A DNA stretch of 57,689 nt from Bacillota bacterium (GCA_030055235.1 JASGUW010000091.1:1-57689); one strand, 5' to 3'; shown: positions 37,578 through 47,248, counted from the stretch's first letter. The notes: generated by a model from the sequence alone, not told the origin. Numbers and translations are program-made.

Positions 37578-37817
37578 GTGAGCAGGAACGTAAGAATGAA
37601 AGCGGCCAGGGCTGCCCGGGATTTATCACAGCAGGCTCTGGCAGACCTCGTTGGCGTCACGAGGCAGACCATTGGACTGATTGAAAGTGGAAAGTACAAC
37701 CCTTCTCTGCAACTCTGCACGGCCATTTGCAGAGCACTTCACTGCACGCTGAACGATATTTTCTGGGAAGAAGATCATATGGATTCAGTCACTACTCAGA
37801 AGGAGGTATCAAAATGA
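37578..37817 (+). CDS. XRE-family helix-turn-helix transcriptional regulator
   Basis: 79 aa with an HTH (LSQQALADLVGVTRQTIGLIESGKYNPSL). GTG 37578 lies 7 nt after GGAGG. The long 223-aa ORF upstream is low-complexity and not HTH-like. Confidence 0.8.
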   Translation: MSRNVRMKAARAARDLSQQALADLVGVTRQTIGLIESGKYNPSLQLCTAICRALHCTLNDIFWEEDHMDSVTTQKEVSK

Positions 37818-38272
37818 AATATGTACTTGATGAGCGTCAAGCACATGAGATGCACAAGAGGCATTATCTCTTGTCAGAAGTGATCTACTGGCTCTGTGCT
37901 TCTGCGCTTCTTATCGAAGCACTGTTTTTGCGCCTTTCATGGCAGCACTGGATTGTGGAGTTTCTGCTTTTCACAATCATGTCCGTAGTAAAAGCAACGA
38001 GTTATGTAAAGTCCGGCATCTGGCTGACCTGGCGGCAGACAGCAAGGAAAAGAGATTGTCTGATCGGAGCTGCGTTTGCAGCGTCTGTCTATCTTCTATT
38101 GGTATTTCTTGCAGGACTCGTTAGAGGTCTAGCACCCATGCCGCCGGCGAGCGCCTGGCCGCAATATGCCATCCGTTTCGTGATTGTTTTCGCCCTCACC
38201 TTCTCTGTCTTGGTATTATTGCGCCATATGACCCTGCGTAGGCAAAAGCAATCGGAAGCAGATGAGGACTGA
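37814..38272 (+). CDS. small multi-pass membrane protein coupled to the XRE regulator
   Basis: ATGA overlap with the XRE stop, with AGGAGG upstream. 152 aa with about 4 predicted TM helices. Confidence 0.65.
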   Translation: MKYVLDERQAHEMHKRHYLLSEVIYWLCASALLIEALFLRLSWQHWIVEFLLFTIMSVVKATSYVKSGIWLTWRQTARKRDCLIGAAFAASVYLLLVFLAGLVRGLAPMPPASAWPQYAIRFVIVFALTFSVLVLLRHMTLRRQKQSEADED

Positions 38273-38304
38273 CGGGAGACCCTGCTATCCGTCAACATAA
38301 AGAA

Positions 38305-38346
38305 CGGCTGAGACACCCGTTTTCCGGAGTGTTTCAGCCGTTTTTC
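38305..38346 (+). terminator. intrinsic terminator after the XRE-membrane gene pair
   Basis: Stem CGGCTGAGACAC, loop, stem GTGTTTCAGCCG, followed by TTTTT. Confidence 0.75.
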
Positions 38347-38439
38347 TCTTTAGCGGAAGAGTTCCGCTGCCATGATTTCGCAAATCGCGGTTAGCGTATC
38401 GTCTCCCTTGAGCGGATCACGACAAGCATGTGAATTCTC

Positions 38440-39522
38440 TCAAAGCGAAAGATAGCCCTCAGCTGCCAGCAGCTCCGCGGTCAGAACAGCACCACCCGCC
38501 GCACCACGCAGGGTGTTGTGGCTGAGGCAGGTAAACTTCCAGTCGAGGATGGGATCCTGGCGGAGACGGCCGATGCTGACAGCCATTCCACCTTCTAGGT
38601 CGACGTCAAGTCGCGGCTGCGGACGATTGTCTTCCTCAAAATAATGCAGGAACTGGCGGGGCGCTGAGGGAAGCTCAAGCTGCTGCGGACGCCCGGCATA
38701 GGCGGCCCAGCGTGCCAGAATCTCCTCACGACTCGGCTTTTCGCGGAAAAGCACAGAAACGGAGGCCGTATGGCCCTCCTGTACCGCTACCCGGTAGCAC
38801 TGTGCCGAGATCAGGGGTTTGGTGGCGGGAACAATGCGGTCCTCTGCCAGACTGCCCCAGATGCGCAGGGGCTCAACTTCGCTCTTCTCTTCTTCCCCGC
38901 CAATGTAGGGAATGAGGTTTTCCACCATCTCCGGCCAGTCGGCAAAGGTCTTCCCCGCCCCGGAAATCGCCTGATAGGTCGAAACGAAGAGCTGTTCAAT
39001 GCCAAAATCCATCAGCGGGTGCAAAGCCGGTACATAGGACTGGATGGAGCAGTTGGGCTTGACGGCGATAAAGCCGTGACGGGTGCCGAGACGGCGGCGC
39101 TGCGCCGGGATCAGGGCCAGGTGGCCGTGGTTGATCTCCGGAATGATCATGGGGACATCCGGGGTGGCTCGATGGGCGGAGTTGTTTGACACAACAACCG
39201 TCTCCGTACGGGCCATGCGCTCTTCAAGTTCACGCACGGCAGCCTTCGGCATGTCAACGGCACAGAAAACAAGGTCAATGTCGTCGAGCTTCTCTTCTAT
39301 TGCCTCGCTGGACTCTACCATCCGTTCGGCACATCCGGGCGGGACAGGCGTTGTGAGACGCCAGCGGCCCTCCACTGCCTCGCGATAGGTTTTTCCCGCT
39401 GAACGCGGTGAGGCAAAGAGCTTCTCAATATGAAACCAGGGGTGGTCGTCAAGCAGCGTGACAAAACGCTGGCCAACATAACCGGTGGCGCCGACTACGG
39501 CTACACGATAGGAATGGGTCAT
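38440..39522 (-). CDS. asd: aspartate-semialdehyde dehydrogenase
   Basis: Rossmann N-terminus VAVVGATGYVGQRF, the active-site Cys context KPNCSIQ, and a length and layout typical of Asd. Confidence 0.9.
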   Translation of the reverse strand: MTHSYRVAVVGATGYVGQRFVTLLDDHPWFHIEKLFASPRSAGKTYREAVEGRWRLTTPVPPGCAERMVESSEAIEEKLDDIDLVFCAVDMPKAAVRELEERMARTETVVVSNNSAHRATPDVPMIIPEINHGHLALIPAQRRRLGTRHGFIAVKPNCSIQSYVPALHPLMDFGIEQLFVSTYQAISGAGKTFADWPEMVENLIPYIGGEEEKSEVEPLRIWGSLAEDRIVPATKPLISAQCYRVAVQEGHTASVSVLFREKPSREEILARWAAYAGRPQQLELPSAPRQFLHYFEEDNRPQPRLDVDLEGGMAVSIGRLRQDPILDWKFTCLSHNTLRGAAGGAVLTAELLAAEGYLSL

Positions 39523-39637
39523 CAGATCTCCTCCTCGCCGGCTGTCCTGAGCCCGGCGTCAAAGTTCGCGCTATTGTAGCATTTGAGAACAGCATGCGCT
39601 CTGGCAGGACTGCGAACAAACGTTTAGAATAAGGGTC

Positions 39638-40672
39638 ATGGACGAAAAAATACCTGACAACAAGGATGCGGTGGAAAACGAGGACTTCGAGCTGCTCGCC
39701 GACTTTATTTCCTATATGGAGGCGATACTCGGCCGCTCTCCCCTTACCTGCCGCGAATACCGCTACGATCTTCTGCTCTTCTTTCGCTTTCTGCGCGCGA
39801 GCCAGAGCCACCGCCGCACCTCTCTTCCGAGCGAGGAAGAGGTGGCCGCAGCCCGTACGGATGACATAGAGATAGAAGAGATTCGTCAGGTTCGTCTGAG
39901 CGACTGCTACCGTTTTCTGACCTGGCTCACCCGTGAGCGCAATGCTTCGGCTGCCAACCGGGCGCGGAAGGTGGCAGCTCTCAGGTCCTTTTTCCGCTAC
40001 CTCAGCAGTAATCGCCAGCTGCTGGATCAGAATCCGACACTGGAGCTGGAAACACCGCGACAGGCGAAACGTCTTCCGCGACACCTCAATCTGGAGGAAA
40101 GCACCCGCCTGCTCGACCGCACGGATGAGACGGACTCACGCTTTCGCACCCGCAATTACTGCATTCTGACGCTCTTTCTCAACTGCGGCCTGCGTCTCTC
40201 TGAACTGCGCGGCATTGACCTTGACGACATTAGCGACAGGACCCTTCGCGTAACGGGCAAGGGCAACCGGGAGCGCATTATCTATTTAAACCGGGCCTGT
40301 CTGGAGGCTCTGGCGGCCTGGTATCCCGACCGCGAAAAGCTGCCTAAGCGCCAGGCAGCTGTCAGGGCACTATTTATCAGCAGGCAGGGCAACCGCCTCT
40401 CGGCGTCCGCCATCCAGCACATGATCAGGCAGCAGCTCAGGGCCGCTGGTCTGGATCCCAGACGATACTCGACACACAAGCTGCGCCATACGGCCGCAAC
40501 ACTGATGTACCAGCACGGTCATGTTGATATCCGCATGCTGCAGCGTATTCTGGGACATGCCTCGGTCGCCACGACTGAGATCTATACCCACCTGGACGAG
40601 CGTTCCCTGCATGATGCCGTCGCCGCGAACCCGCTGGCCAATCACACCCCGACAGAACGAAAGAATGAATGA
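39638..40672 (+). CDS. tyrosine site-specific recombinase, XerC/XerD family
   Basis: N-terminal SAM-like core-binding domain. C-terminal catalytic motifs are present, including LRHTAATLM...LGHASVATTEIYTHL (R-H-R-Y family). Confidence 0.85.
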   Translation: MDEKIPDNKDAVENEDFELLADFISYMEAILGRSPLTCREYRYDLLLFFRFLRASQSHRRTSLPSEEEVAAARTDDIEIEEIRQVRLSDCYRFLTWLTRERNASAANRARKVAALRSFFRYLSSNRQLLDQNPTLELETPRQAKRLPRHLNLEESTRLLDRTDETDSRFRTRNYCILTLFLNCGLRLSELRGIDLDDISDRTLRVTGKGNRERIIYLNRACLEALAAWYPDREKLPKRQAAVRALFISRQGNRLSASAIQHMIRQQLRAAGLDPRRYSTHKLRHTAATLMYQHGHVDIRMLQRILGHASVATTEIYTHLDERSLHDAVAANPLANHTPTERKNE

Positions 40673-40854
40673 TTTGAGGAGCCCTGCTTCTTTCCAGCAT
40701 GCAGGAAGCGGTTTGGAGAGGCAGCTCGAAGCTCCTGAGTCCGGCAGTTCTGAAGAACTCTCATTCGTCAGAATTGATTTCTGCCTTTCGTTCATCTTTT
40801 TGACCGCTGTCTGACAAGCGAGCGTCCAAATGCCTTATCAGGAAGCTTTATCAC

Positions 40855-40883
40855 TTTACAAGTCTCCCGTAAGCTAGTATGGT
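40855..40883 (+). promoter_or_regulatory. candidate promoter of the liv-type operon
   Basis: TTTACA, a 17-nt spacer, then TATGGT, about 90 nt upstream of the substrate-binding protein gene. Confidence 0.4.
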
Positions 40884-40975
40884 GTTCTGAACGCGCCCAG
40901 AGTCGGGCGTGTATTGTTGTGCAGAACTAACTGCCAAGGCAGCTTTGCCCTCAGCAAAGCACAGGAGGAAGAACC

Positions 40976-42208
40976 ATGACACGCAAACACAAAGTAAGCC
41001 GCTGGCTTGCTGCCCTGCTGACGGGCGCCCTCTTGCTGGGCATGCTCGCAGCCTGCCAGAGCACGCAGGCCACCACTACAGCGCCGACAACCAAGGCTGA
41101 TGCCACGGAAGCGAACAAGACCGATGCTCCATCCACAGATAAAGAGCCCATCGTCATTGGCGGACTTGCCCCCCTGACCGGTGGTGTTTCCGTCTACGGA
41201 ATCGCTTCGGACAACGGCACCCAGCTCGCGATTGAGGAAATCAACGCAGCCGGCGGTATCAACGGCCGCCAGATCAAGTACATTGTCCTCGACGAGCAGG
41301 GCGACGCCGAGCAGGCTGTCACCGCCTATGACCGTCTGGTCAATGAACACAACATTGTCGCCCTGATCGGTGACGTCACCAGCACGCCCTCCATCGCGGT
41401 AGCCCAGCGCGCCGCCCGTGACGGCCTGCCCATGATCGCTCCGACAGCTACAGCGGCCGATGTTACCCTGCAGGGCAAGAACGTCTTCCGCGTCTGCTTC
41501 CTCGACCCCGACCAGGGGCGGACGATGGCGGACTTCGCAAAAAACAACCTCAAGGTGACGAAGGCTGCCGTCATCCACAACGCCTCTGACGACTACTCCG
41601 TCGGTCTGGCCGAGGCCTTTATCGCCCAGGCGAAGGAACTTGGCATTGAGATTGTCAGCGAGCAGACCTATGTTCAGGACGACAAGGATTTCCGCACCCA
41701 GCTGACGACGATCGCCGCCGCCAAGCCGGATGTGCTCTACGCACCCGACTACTACGGCACTGACATTCTGATTCTCAACCAGGCGAAGGACGCCGGTCTT
41801 GACGTGCCGCTGCTCGGCGGTGACGGCTGGGACGGCATTCTGACCCAGACGGCTGCGGACAACCCGAAGGAAGCCGACGGCAGCTACTTCACCAACCACT
41901 ATGCCACGAGCGACGAGAGTCCCATCGTTCAGGACTTCCTGAAAGCGTTCGAGGCGAAGTACAACGAGGTTCCGATCTCCTTCTCGGCGCTTGGCTATGA
42001 TGCCGCGAAGATTATGGCCGCCGCCATTGAGCGCGCCGGCAGCACCGACAAGGACGCCATCGTCAAGGCTCTGAATGAGACCGACTATGACGGCGTCACG
42101 GGTCACATCACCTTTGACGAGAACGGCGACCCCCTGAAGCCCATTTCGATCATCGAAGTGGTGGACGGCGCCTACAAGCTGATCACGAAGATCGACATCG
42201 AGCGCTGA
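40976..42208 (+). CDS. livJ: branched-chain amino acid ABC transporter substrate-binding lipoprotein
   Basis: Lipobox LGMLAAC and a type-I periplasmic binding fold typical of the LivJ/LivK family. AGGAGG RBS. Confidence 0.85.
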   Translation: MTRKHKVSRWLAALLTGALLLGMLAACQSTQATTTAPTTKADATEANKTDAPSTDKEPIVIGGLAPLTGGVSVYGIASDNGTQLAIEEINAAGGINGRQIKYIVLDEQGDAEQAVTAYDRLVNEHNIVALIGDVTSTPSIAVAQRAARDGLPMIAPTATAADVTLQGKNVFRVCFLDPDQGRTMADFAKNNLKVTKAAVIHNASDDYSVGLAEAFIAQAKELGIEIVSEQTYVQDDKDFRTQLTTIAAAKPDVLYAPDYYGTDILILNQAKDAGLDVPLLGGDGWDGILTQTAADNPKEADGSYFTNHYATSDESPIVQDFLKAFEAKYNEVPISFSALGYDAAKIMAAAIERAGSTDKDAIVKALNETDYDGVTGHITFDENGDPLKPISIIEVVDGAYKLITKIDIER

Positions 42209-42366
42209 TCTAGGGTATTCTATCGCGGTGCCGGGACAGTACTTCGCGTAATTCGCTTGATTTGCTGTTCCGGCCTCCCGCCAAACAGTACTAAAAGCCG
42301 CCCGGCTGCTGTCTGGCGGCTTTTCCTGTAAGTTGAACTTCGGAAATCGAGGAAGGATGAGCGGGC

Positions 42367-43251
42367 ATGCTCTTTTTCGTCCAACTGATTAACGGCCTGC
42401 AGCTGGGAGCCATATATGCCCTCGTTGCACTGGGCTACACGATGGTCTACGGCATCGTCAAACTGATCAACTTCGCCCACGGCGACCTGATGATGGTCGG
42501 TGCCTATTTATCACTGTTCTTGTACACGAGCGGCCTGCCCCTGTACTTTGCCCTCCCGCTGGCCATTATCGGGACCTCTGTGATGGGTGTCCTGATTGAG
42601 CGCGTGGCCTATCGCCCGCTGCGCAATGCTTCGCGCCTCTCCGCCCTGATCACCGCCATCGGTATCAGCCTGCTGCTGCAGAACTCCTTCATGATCCTGT
42701 TCAGCTCGACGCCCCGCCGTTTCCCTTCGGTCAGCGAGCATCTGCCGGTCTTCGTGCTCGGCACCAACCGCATCAGCTTCATGGCCCTGCTGACGGTGCT
42801 CTTCGCTGTGGGCCTGATGCTGCTTCTGACCGCCTTTGTCCACGGCACCCGCATGGGCAAGGCAATGCGGGCCGTTTCCGAGGACATGCGCGCCGCCCAG
42901 CTGATGGGCATCAACGTCAACCGCATCATCAGCATGACCTTTGCCATCGGTTCGGCGCTCGCGGCCTTTGCCGCCATTCTCTACGGTTTCAGTTTCCAGC
43001 AGATCGATCCCTACATGGGTGCCATGCCCGGCATCAAGGCCTTTATCGCCGCCGTTCTGGGCGGCATCGGCATCCTGCCCGGGGCGATGCTCGGCGGCTT
43101 TCTGCTTGGCATCATCGAGAGTTTGACAAAGGCCGTCATGCCTGCCGGCTACACGCAGCTGGCCGACGCCGTTGTCTTCCTGGTCCTGATTCTGGTTCTG
43201 CTCTTCAAGCCCTCCGGACTTCTGGGCCAGCCCATGCGTGAAAAGGTATAG
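42367..43251 (+). CDS. livH: branched-chain amino acid ABC transporter permease
   Basis: 294 aa. N-terminus LINGLQLGAIYALVALGYTMVYG is typical of LivH. Confidence 0.9.
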   Translation: MLFFVQLINGLQLGAIYALVALGYTMVYGIVKLINFAHGDLMMVGAYLSLFLYTSGLPLYFALPLAIIGTSVMGVLIERVAYRPLRNASRLSALITAIGISLLLQNSFMILFSSTPRRFPSVSEHLPVFVLGTNRISFMALLTVLFAVGLMLLLTAFVHGTRMGKAMRAVSEDMRAAQLMGINVNRIISMTFAIGSALAAFAAILYGFSFQQIDPYMGAMPGIKAFIAAVLGGIGILPGAMLGGFLLGIIESLTKAVMPAGYTQLADAVVFLVLILVLLFKPSGLLGQPMREKV

Positions 43252-43261
43252 GAGGCTTTTC

Positions 43262-44476
43262 GTGGATAAAATCAAACTTCGCTCCTACCTGCTCAACGCC
43301 CTCTTCGCGCTGGCGGGCTACGCTATCCTCCACGTCCTGCTGGAGAGCGGTGTCATCAACGCCTACTACCGCGGCGTCATCCTGCTGATCGGCATCAACG
43401 CCACCGTAACCATCGCCCTTAACCTGGCCACCGGCATGCTGGGCGAGCTCTGTCTGGGTCATGCCGGCTTCATGGCCGTCGGCGCCTATACCTCTGCTCT
43501 CTTCACATTAAACAGCGGCCTGTCCGGCTATATTGGCCTGATTCTGGGTCTGCTCTGCGGTGGTCTGCTGGCTGCCGCCACGGCCGCACTTGTCGGTGTT
43601 CCCGCCCTGCGCCTGCGCGGCGACTATCTGGCCATCATTACTCTGGCTTTCGGCGAAATCATCTCCGTTCTGCTGCGCAGCTTCGCCTTTACCGGCGGCG
43701 CCCGCGGTCTCAACGGCATTCCTCTGCTGACGAACTTCCCGCTGGTCTACTGGATCCTGGTTCTGACCATCGTCGCCGTCTACATGCTGATCCGCTCCCG
43801 CCACGGCCGGGCCATTCTGGCGATCCGTGAGGACGACATAGCGGCTGAGGCCTCCGGCATCAACGTCACCCGCTTCAAGATGACGGCCTTCGTGATCTCA
43901 GCGGCTATCGCCGGCATCGGCGGCGGTCTCTATGCCCACTACATCGGGATCCTTTCGCCTAATAAATTCAACTACAACTACTCCATCGACTACATGGTCA
44001 TGGTGGTCTTCGGTGGCATGGGCTCAATCACGGGTTCCATCCTGTCGGCCGGCACGCTGACCATACTGCCTGAGCTGCTGCGCAGTTTCTCCGACTACCG
44101 CATGCTGGTCTACTCCGTGCTCCTGATCATTCTCATGATCTTCAAGCCTGAGGGCCTGCTGGGTCAGAAGGAGTTTTCGCAGCGCTTCGCCGCCAATCTC
44201 ATGCGCCGCCTGACCGGCCGCAAGATACGCAGCGCCGCCAGTTACGACCGCCATGAGCTCTCTGTCGCCAGAGAGACCACGCGCCGGGCGCGTGAGCGCG
44301 GCTACCTGACCGAGCAGGGCCCCGGCGACCTGGGTGTCGGCGGACGCCGGCGCCGCCCGGAGGAGAACATCCCCGTGGCCGGAACAGCGGTGGCCGAGTC
44401 GGAGGGACGGACCCTGACCCGACAGGGGCTCGATCCCGGTCCCTACGAGCCGGCCGAGCGCAAGGGGCGGCGTTAG
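43262..44476 (+). CDS. livM: branched-chain amino acid ABC transporter permease with a charged C-terminal extension
   Basis: GTG 43262 lies 6 nt after AGGAGG. The LivM-type TM core ends near KPEGLLGQKEF and is followed by an Arg/Glu-rich tail of about 95 aa. Confidence 0.85.
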   Translation: MDKIKLRSYLLNALFALAGYAILHVLLESGVINAYYRGVILLIGINATVTIALNLATGMLGELCLGHAGFMAVGAYTSALFTLNSGLSGYIGLILGLLCGGLLAAATAALVGVPALRLRGDYLAIITLAFGEIISVLLRSFAFTGGARGLNGIPLLTNFPLVYWILVLTIVAVYMLIRSRHGRAILAIREDDIAAEASGINVTRFKMTAFVISAAIAGIGGGLYAHYIGILSPNKFNYNYSIDYMVMVVFGGMGSITGSILSAGTLTILPELLRSFSDYRMLVYSVLLIILMIFKPEGLLGQKEFSQRFAANLMRRLTGRKIRSAASYDRHELSVARETTRRARERGYLTEQGPGDLGVGGRRRRPEENIPVAGTAVAESEGRTLTRQGLDPGPYEPAERKGRR

Positions 44477-44487
44477 GAGGCAAACGC

Positions 44488-45282
44488 ATGGCATTACTTG
44501 AAGTAAAAGATCTGAGCATAGAATTTGGCGGTCTGAAGGCCGTTCAGGATGTCAACTTCGAAGTCGACAACGACGAGATCGTCGGCCTTATCGGACCCAA
44601 CGGAGCCGGCAAAACCACGGTCTTCAATCTCCTGACCTCTGTTTATCAGCCTACCAGCGGGGATATTCAGCTGCGCGGCAAGTCGATTCTTGGGAACCCC
44701 AGCTGGCGCACGTCAGATATCGGCATGGTCCGTACCTTCCAGAACATCCGTCTTTTCCGCTCTCTCAGCGTTCTCGACAACGTGCGCATCGGTTTTCACA
44801 ACCAGGGCAATTACAGCCTGACGGCCGCCCTGCTGCGTCTCCCCTCCTACTGGCGCGAAGAGGCCCGTTACCGTGAGCGCGCCCAGGAGCTGCTGGAGAT
44901 CTTCCAGCTGGCCGATGTGGCCCAGGTGCAGGCGCGCAACCTGCCCTACGGCCAGCAGCGCCGCCTGGAGATCTGCCGCGCCCTGGCCGCCAGCCCGCTG
45001 CTGCTGCTGCTGGACGAGCCCGCCGCCGGCATGAACCCGACCGAGACCCACGAACTGATGGACATGATCCGCTTTGTCCGCGATCGCTTTGAACTTGCCA
45101 TCATGCTTATCGAGCACGACATGAATCTGGTCATGGGCATCTGCGAACGCCTGATCGTCCTGGATCACGGCGAAGTCATTGCCCGCGGCCTGCCCGAAGA
45201 AATCCGCGCCAATCCGCGTGTGATTGAGGCCTATCTTGGCACCCCCTTTGATGACGAAAGCGAGGCCGCCAATGACGAATGA
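44488..45282 (+). CDS. livG: branched-chain amino acid ABC transporter ATP-binding protein
   Basis: Walker A GPNGAGKTT, signature-region motif YGQQRRLEI, and Walker B LLLLDEPAAG. Confidence 0.9.
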   Translation: MALLEVKDLSIEFGGLKAVQDVNFEVDNDEIVGLIGPNGAGKTTVFNLLTSVYQPTSGDIQLRGKSILGNPSWRTSDIGMVRTFQNIRLFRSLSVLDNVRIGFHNQGNYSLTAALLRLPSYWREEARYRERAQELLEIFQLADVAQVQARNLPYGQQRRLEICRALAASPLLLLLDEPAAGMNPTETHELMDMIRFVRDRFELAIMLIEHDMNLVMGICERLIVLDHGEVIARGLPEEIRANPRVIEAYLGTPFDDESEAANDE

Positions 45283-46078
45283 GGCAAAGCCGATGGCGAA
45301 TGGGTCAATGACGAATGAGCCCAAGCCCATGCTCGAAGTAGAGGATCTTCAGGTCTTCTACGGCGCCATTCAGGCCATTAAGGGAATCAGCTTCCATGTC
45401 ATGCCGGGCGAGATCGTCTCCCTTATCGGTGCCAACGGAGCCGGCAAGACCACCTGCCTGCAGACCATCAGCGGCCTGCTGCACGCCCGTGTCGGCGACA
45501 TCCGCTACGAGGGTCAGAGCCTGAAGCGCGTGCCGCCGCACCGTATCGTGGAGATGGGTCTGGCGCAGGTGCCGGAAGGGCGTCGTGTCTTTACCCAGCT
45601 CAGCGTTGAGGACAATCTGGCGATGGGCGCCTACACGCTTACCAAGCGCATGCAGCTGGACGCCTCTGCGCGCGGTACGCGCGGTGATGTCAGCGATCAC
45701 GAGGAGGCGCTGCTCGAAGAGCAGTACCGCCGCTTCCCGCGCCTGAAAGAGCGGCGCGACCAGCGGGCGGGCACGCTTTCGGGCGGTGAACAGCAGATGC
45801 TCGCCATTGCCCGCGCCATGATGTCGGCACCGCGCCTGCTGCTGCTGGACGAACCGTCGATGGGCCTCTCCCCTGTTCTGACGCGCGAGATCTTCCTCAC
45901 CATCCGCGAACTGGCCAAACAGGGCATCACCATCCTGCTGGTCGAACAGAACGCGGCTGTGGCCCTGCGTCTGGCCGACCGCGCCTATGTTCTGGAGTCC
46001 GGCCGCCTGGTCATGTCGGGCAGCGGTCGGGAACTGCTGCGCGACGAACGCATCCGCGAAGCCTATCTGGGCGAATAA
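45272..46078 (+). CDS. livF: branched-chain amino acid ABC transporter ATP-binding protein
   Basis: Walker A GANGAGKTT, signature LSGGEQQML, and Walker B LLLLDEPS. The start is uncertain among ATG 45272, 45293, 45308 and 45329; the canonical LivF N-terminus MLEVEDLQVFYG begins at 45329. Confidence 0.85.
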   Translation: MTNEAKPMANGSMTNEPKPMLEVEDLQVFYGAIQAIKGISFHVMPGEIVSLIGANGAGKTTCLQTISGLLHARVGDIRYEGQSLKRVPPHRIVEMGLAQVPEGRRVFTQLSVEDNLAMGAYTLTKRMQLDASARGTRGDVSDHEEALLEEQYRRFPRLKERRDQRAGTLSGGEQQMLAIARAMMSAPRLLLLDEPSMGLSPVLTREIFLTIRELAKQGITILLVEQNAAVALRLADRAYVLESGRLVMSGSGRELLRDERIREAYLGE

Positions 46079-46140
46079 TCTGCCGCTGGCGCCGCTGGCG
46101 CCGCTCAAGCGGGAGATAGCGGGGTGTTGGAGGCGTTGAT

Positions 46141-47085
46141 ATGAGTCTGGCTTTTAAGAAAGCCCGTTCCTTTATCTACCATAATGCCAGACCCCTCGAC
46201 CTGGCGCGTTGGCAGTACCACTTTGAGAAGGGGCCCAGGGAGGCCGTCCTGACCGCGCTTGCCTGCTATCAGAATGCGGACGGTGGTTTTGGCCACGCGC
46301 TGGAGCCGGACGCCTGGAACCCTGAATCTTCGCCGATCCAGACATGGGCGGCGACCGAAGTATTGCGTGAAATTGCGTTTACCGACCCTGATCACCCAAT
46401 TATCGAGGGCATTCTGCGCTATCTGGCCAGCGGCCGGGATTTTGCGGACGGCTTCTGGTTCAACTCCGTCGCGGGCAACAACGACCATCCGCATGCGCCC
46501 TGGTGGCACTATGACAGCAGCGCCAGCTCCCGGCAGTCCTACAATCCCACGGCCTGCCTGGCGGGCTTCATCCTGCGTTTTGCCGCCCGGGAGAGTGAGC
46601 TCCAGCAGTTGGGCCGCCGGATTGCCAGAGCGGCCTGCGACAGGTATTCAGGGCAGGATCTTCTTGACGACATGCATACAGCTGCCTGCTATCTGCGTCT
46701 CTGGCAGTACTGTGTCGAGTCCGGCCTGAGTGATCTTATCGACCTGAACGCCCTGGAGGGACGTCTGCGGGATCAGGTACGGCATAGTATTACGAAGGAC
46801 ACCACAGCCTGGGGCGCGTCGTACTGCTGCAGACCATCGCAGTTTCTTAACAACCGCAACAGTGTGTTTTATCTGGATAACAGGGAACTGGCTGACTTTG
46901 AATGTCGATTTATCACAAATTCACAGCTGCCGGACGGCTCCTGGAGCATCCCCTGGACTTGGAAGGAATATCCCGAAGCGTGGTCCATCAGTAAAAACTG
47001 GTGGAAAGCAGACGTCGCGATCAAGAATCTGCTTTACCTCCGGGGACTTGGCGATGAGTCGGCAGTCGGAAAAGGCTGCGAATAA
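46141..47085 (+). CDS. hypothetical protein with prenyltransferase/terpene-cyclase-like alpha/alpha-toroid repeat motifs
   Basis: 314 aa with motifs YQNADGGFGH and QLPDGSWSIPW of the kind seen in alpha/alpha-toroid repeat proteins. GGAGG RBS. The function is not known to me. Confidence 0.55.
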   Translation: MSLAFKKARSFIYHNARPLDLARWQYHFEKGPREAVLTALACYQNADGGFGHALEPDAWNPESSPIQTWAATEVLREIAFTDPDHPIIEGILRYLASGRDFADGFWFNSVAGNNDHPHAPWWHYDSSASSRQSYNPTACLAGFILRFAARESELQQLGRRIARAACDRYSGQDLLDDMHTAACYLRLWQYCVESGLSDLIDLNALEGRLRDQVRHSITKDTTAWGASYCCRPSQFLNNRNSVFYLDNRELADFECRFITNSQLPDGSWSIPWTWKEYPEAWSISKNWWKADVAIKNLLYLRGLGDESAVGKGCE

Positions 47086-47176
47086 TCGAATCTTCTCTTT
47101 CCCCTTGCATCAGGGTAATAGTGAAAACTGACTTGTACGCGGGTTTTCGTGCGCAAGTCAGCTTTATGCAGTCATT

Positions 47177-47248
47177 CTTGCGAAAGATTGAAATTTTGCT
47201 CGAGATGGCGAGCAGCGGTGTGCAATTTTTCAACCTTTCGCAGTTTTT
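47177..47248 (+). repeat. 72-nt long-hairpin element, copy 1 (terminator-like)
   Basis: TGCGAAAGATTGAAA, a 33-nt loop, then TTTCAACCTTTCGCA (15-bp stem with one mismatch), followed by GTTTTT. A second copy lies 154 nt downstream. Confidence 0.75.
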
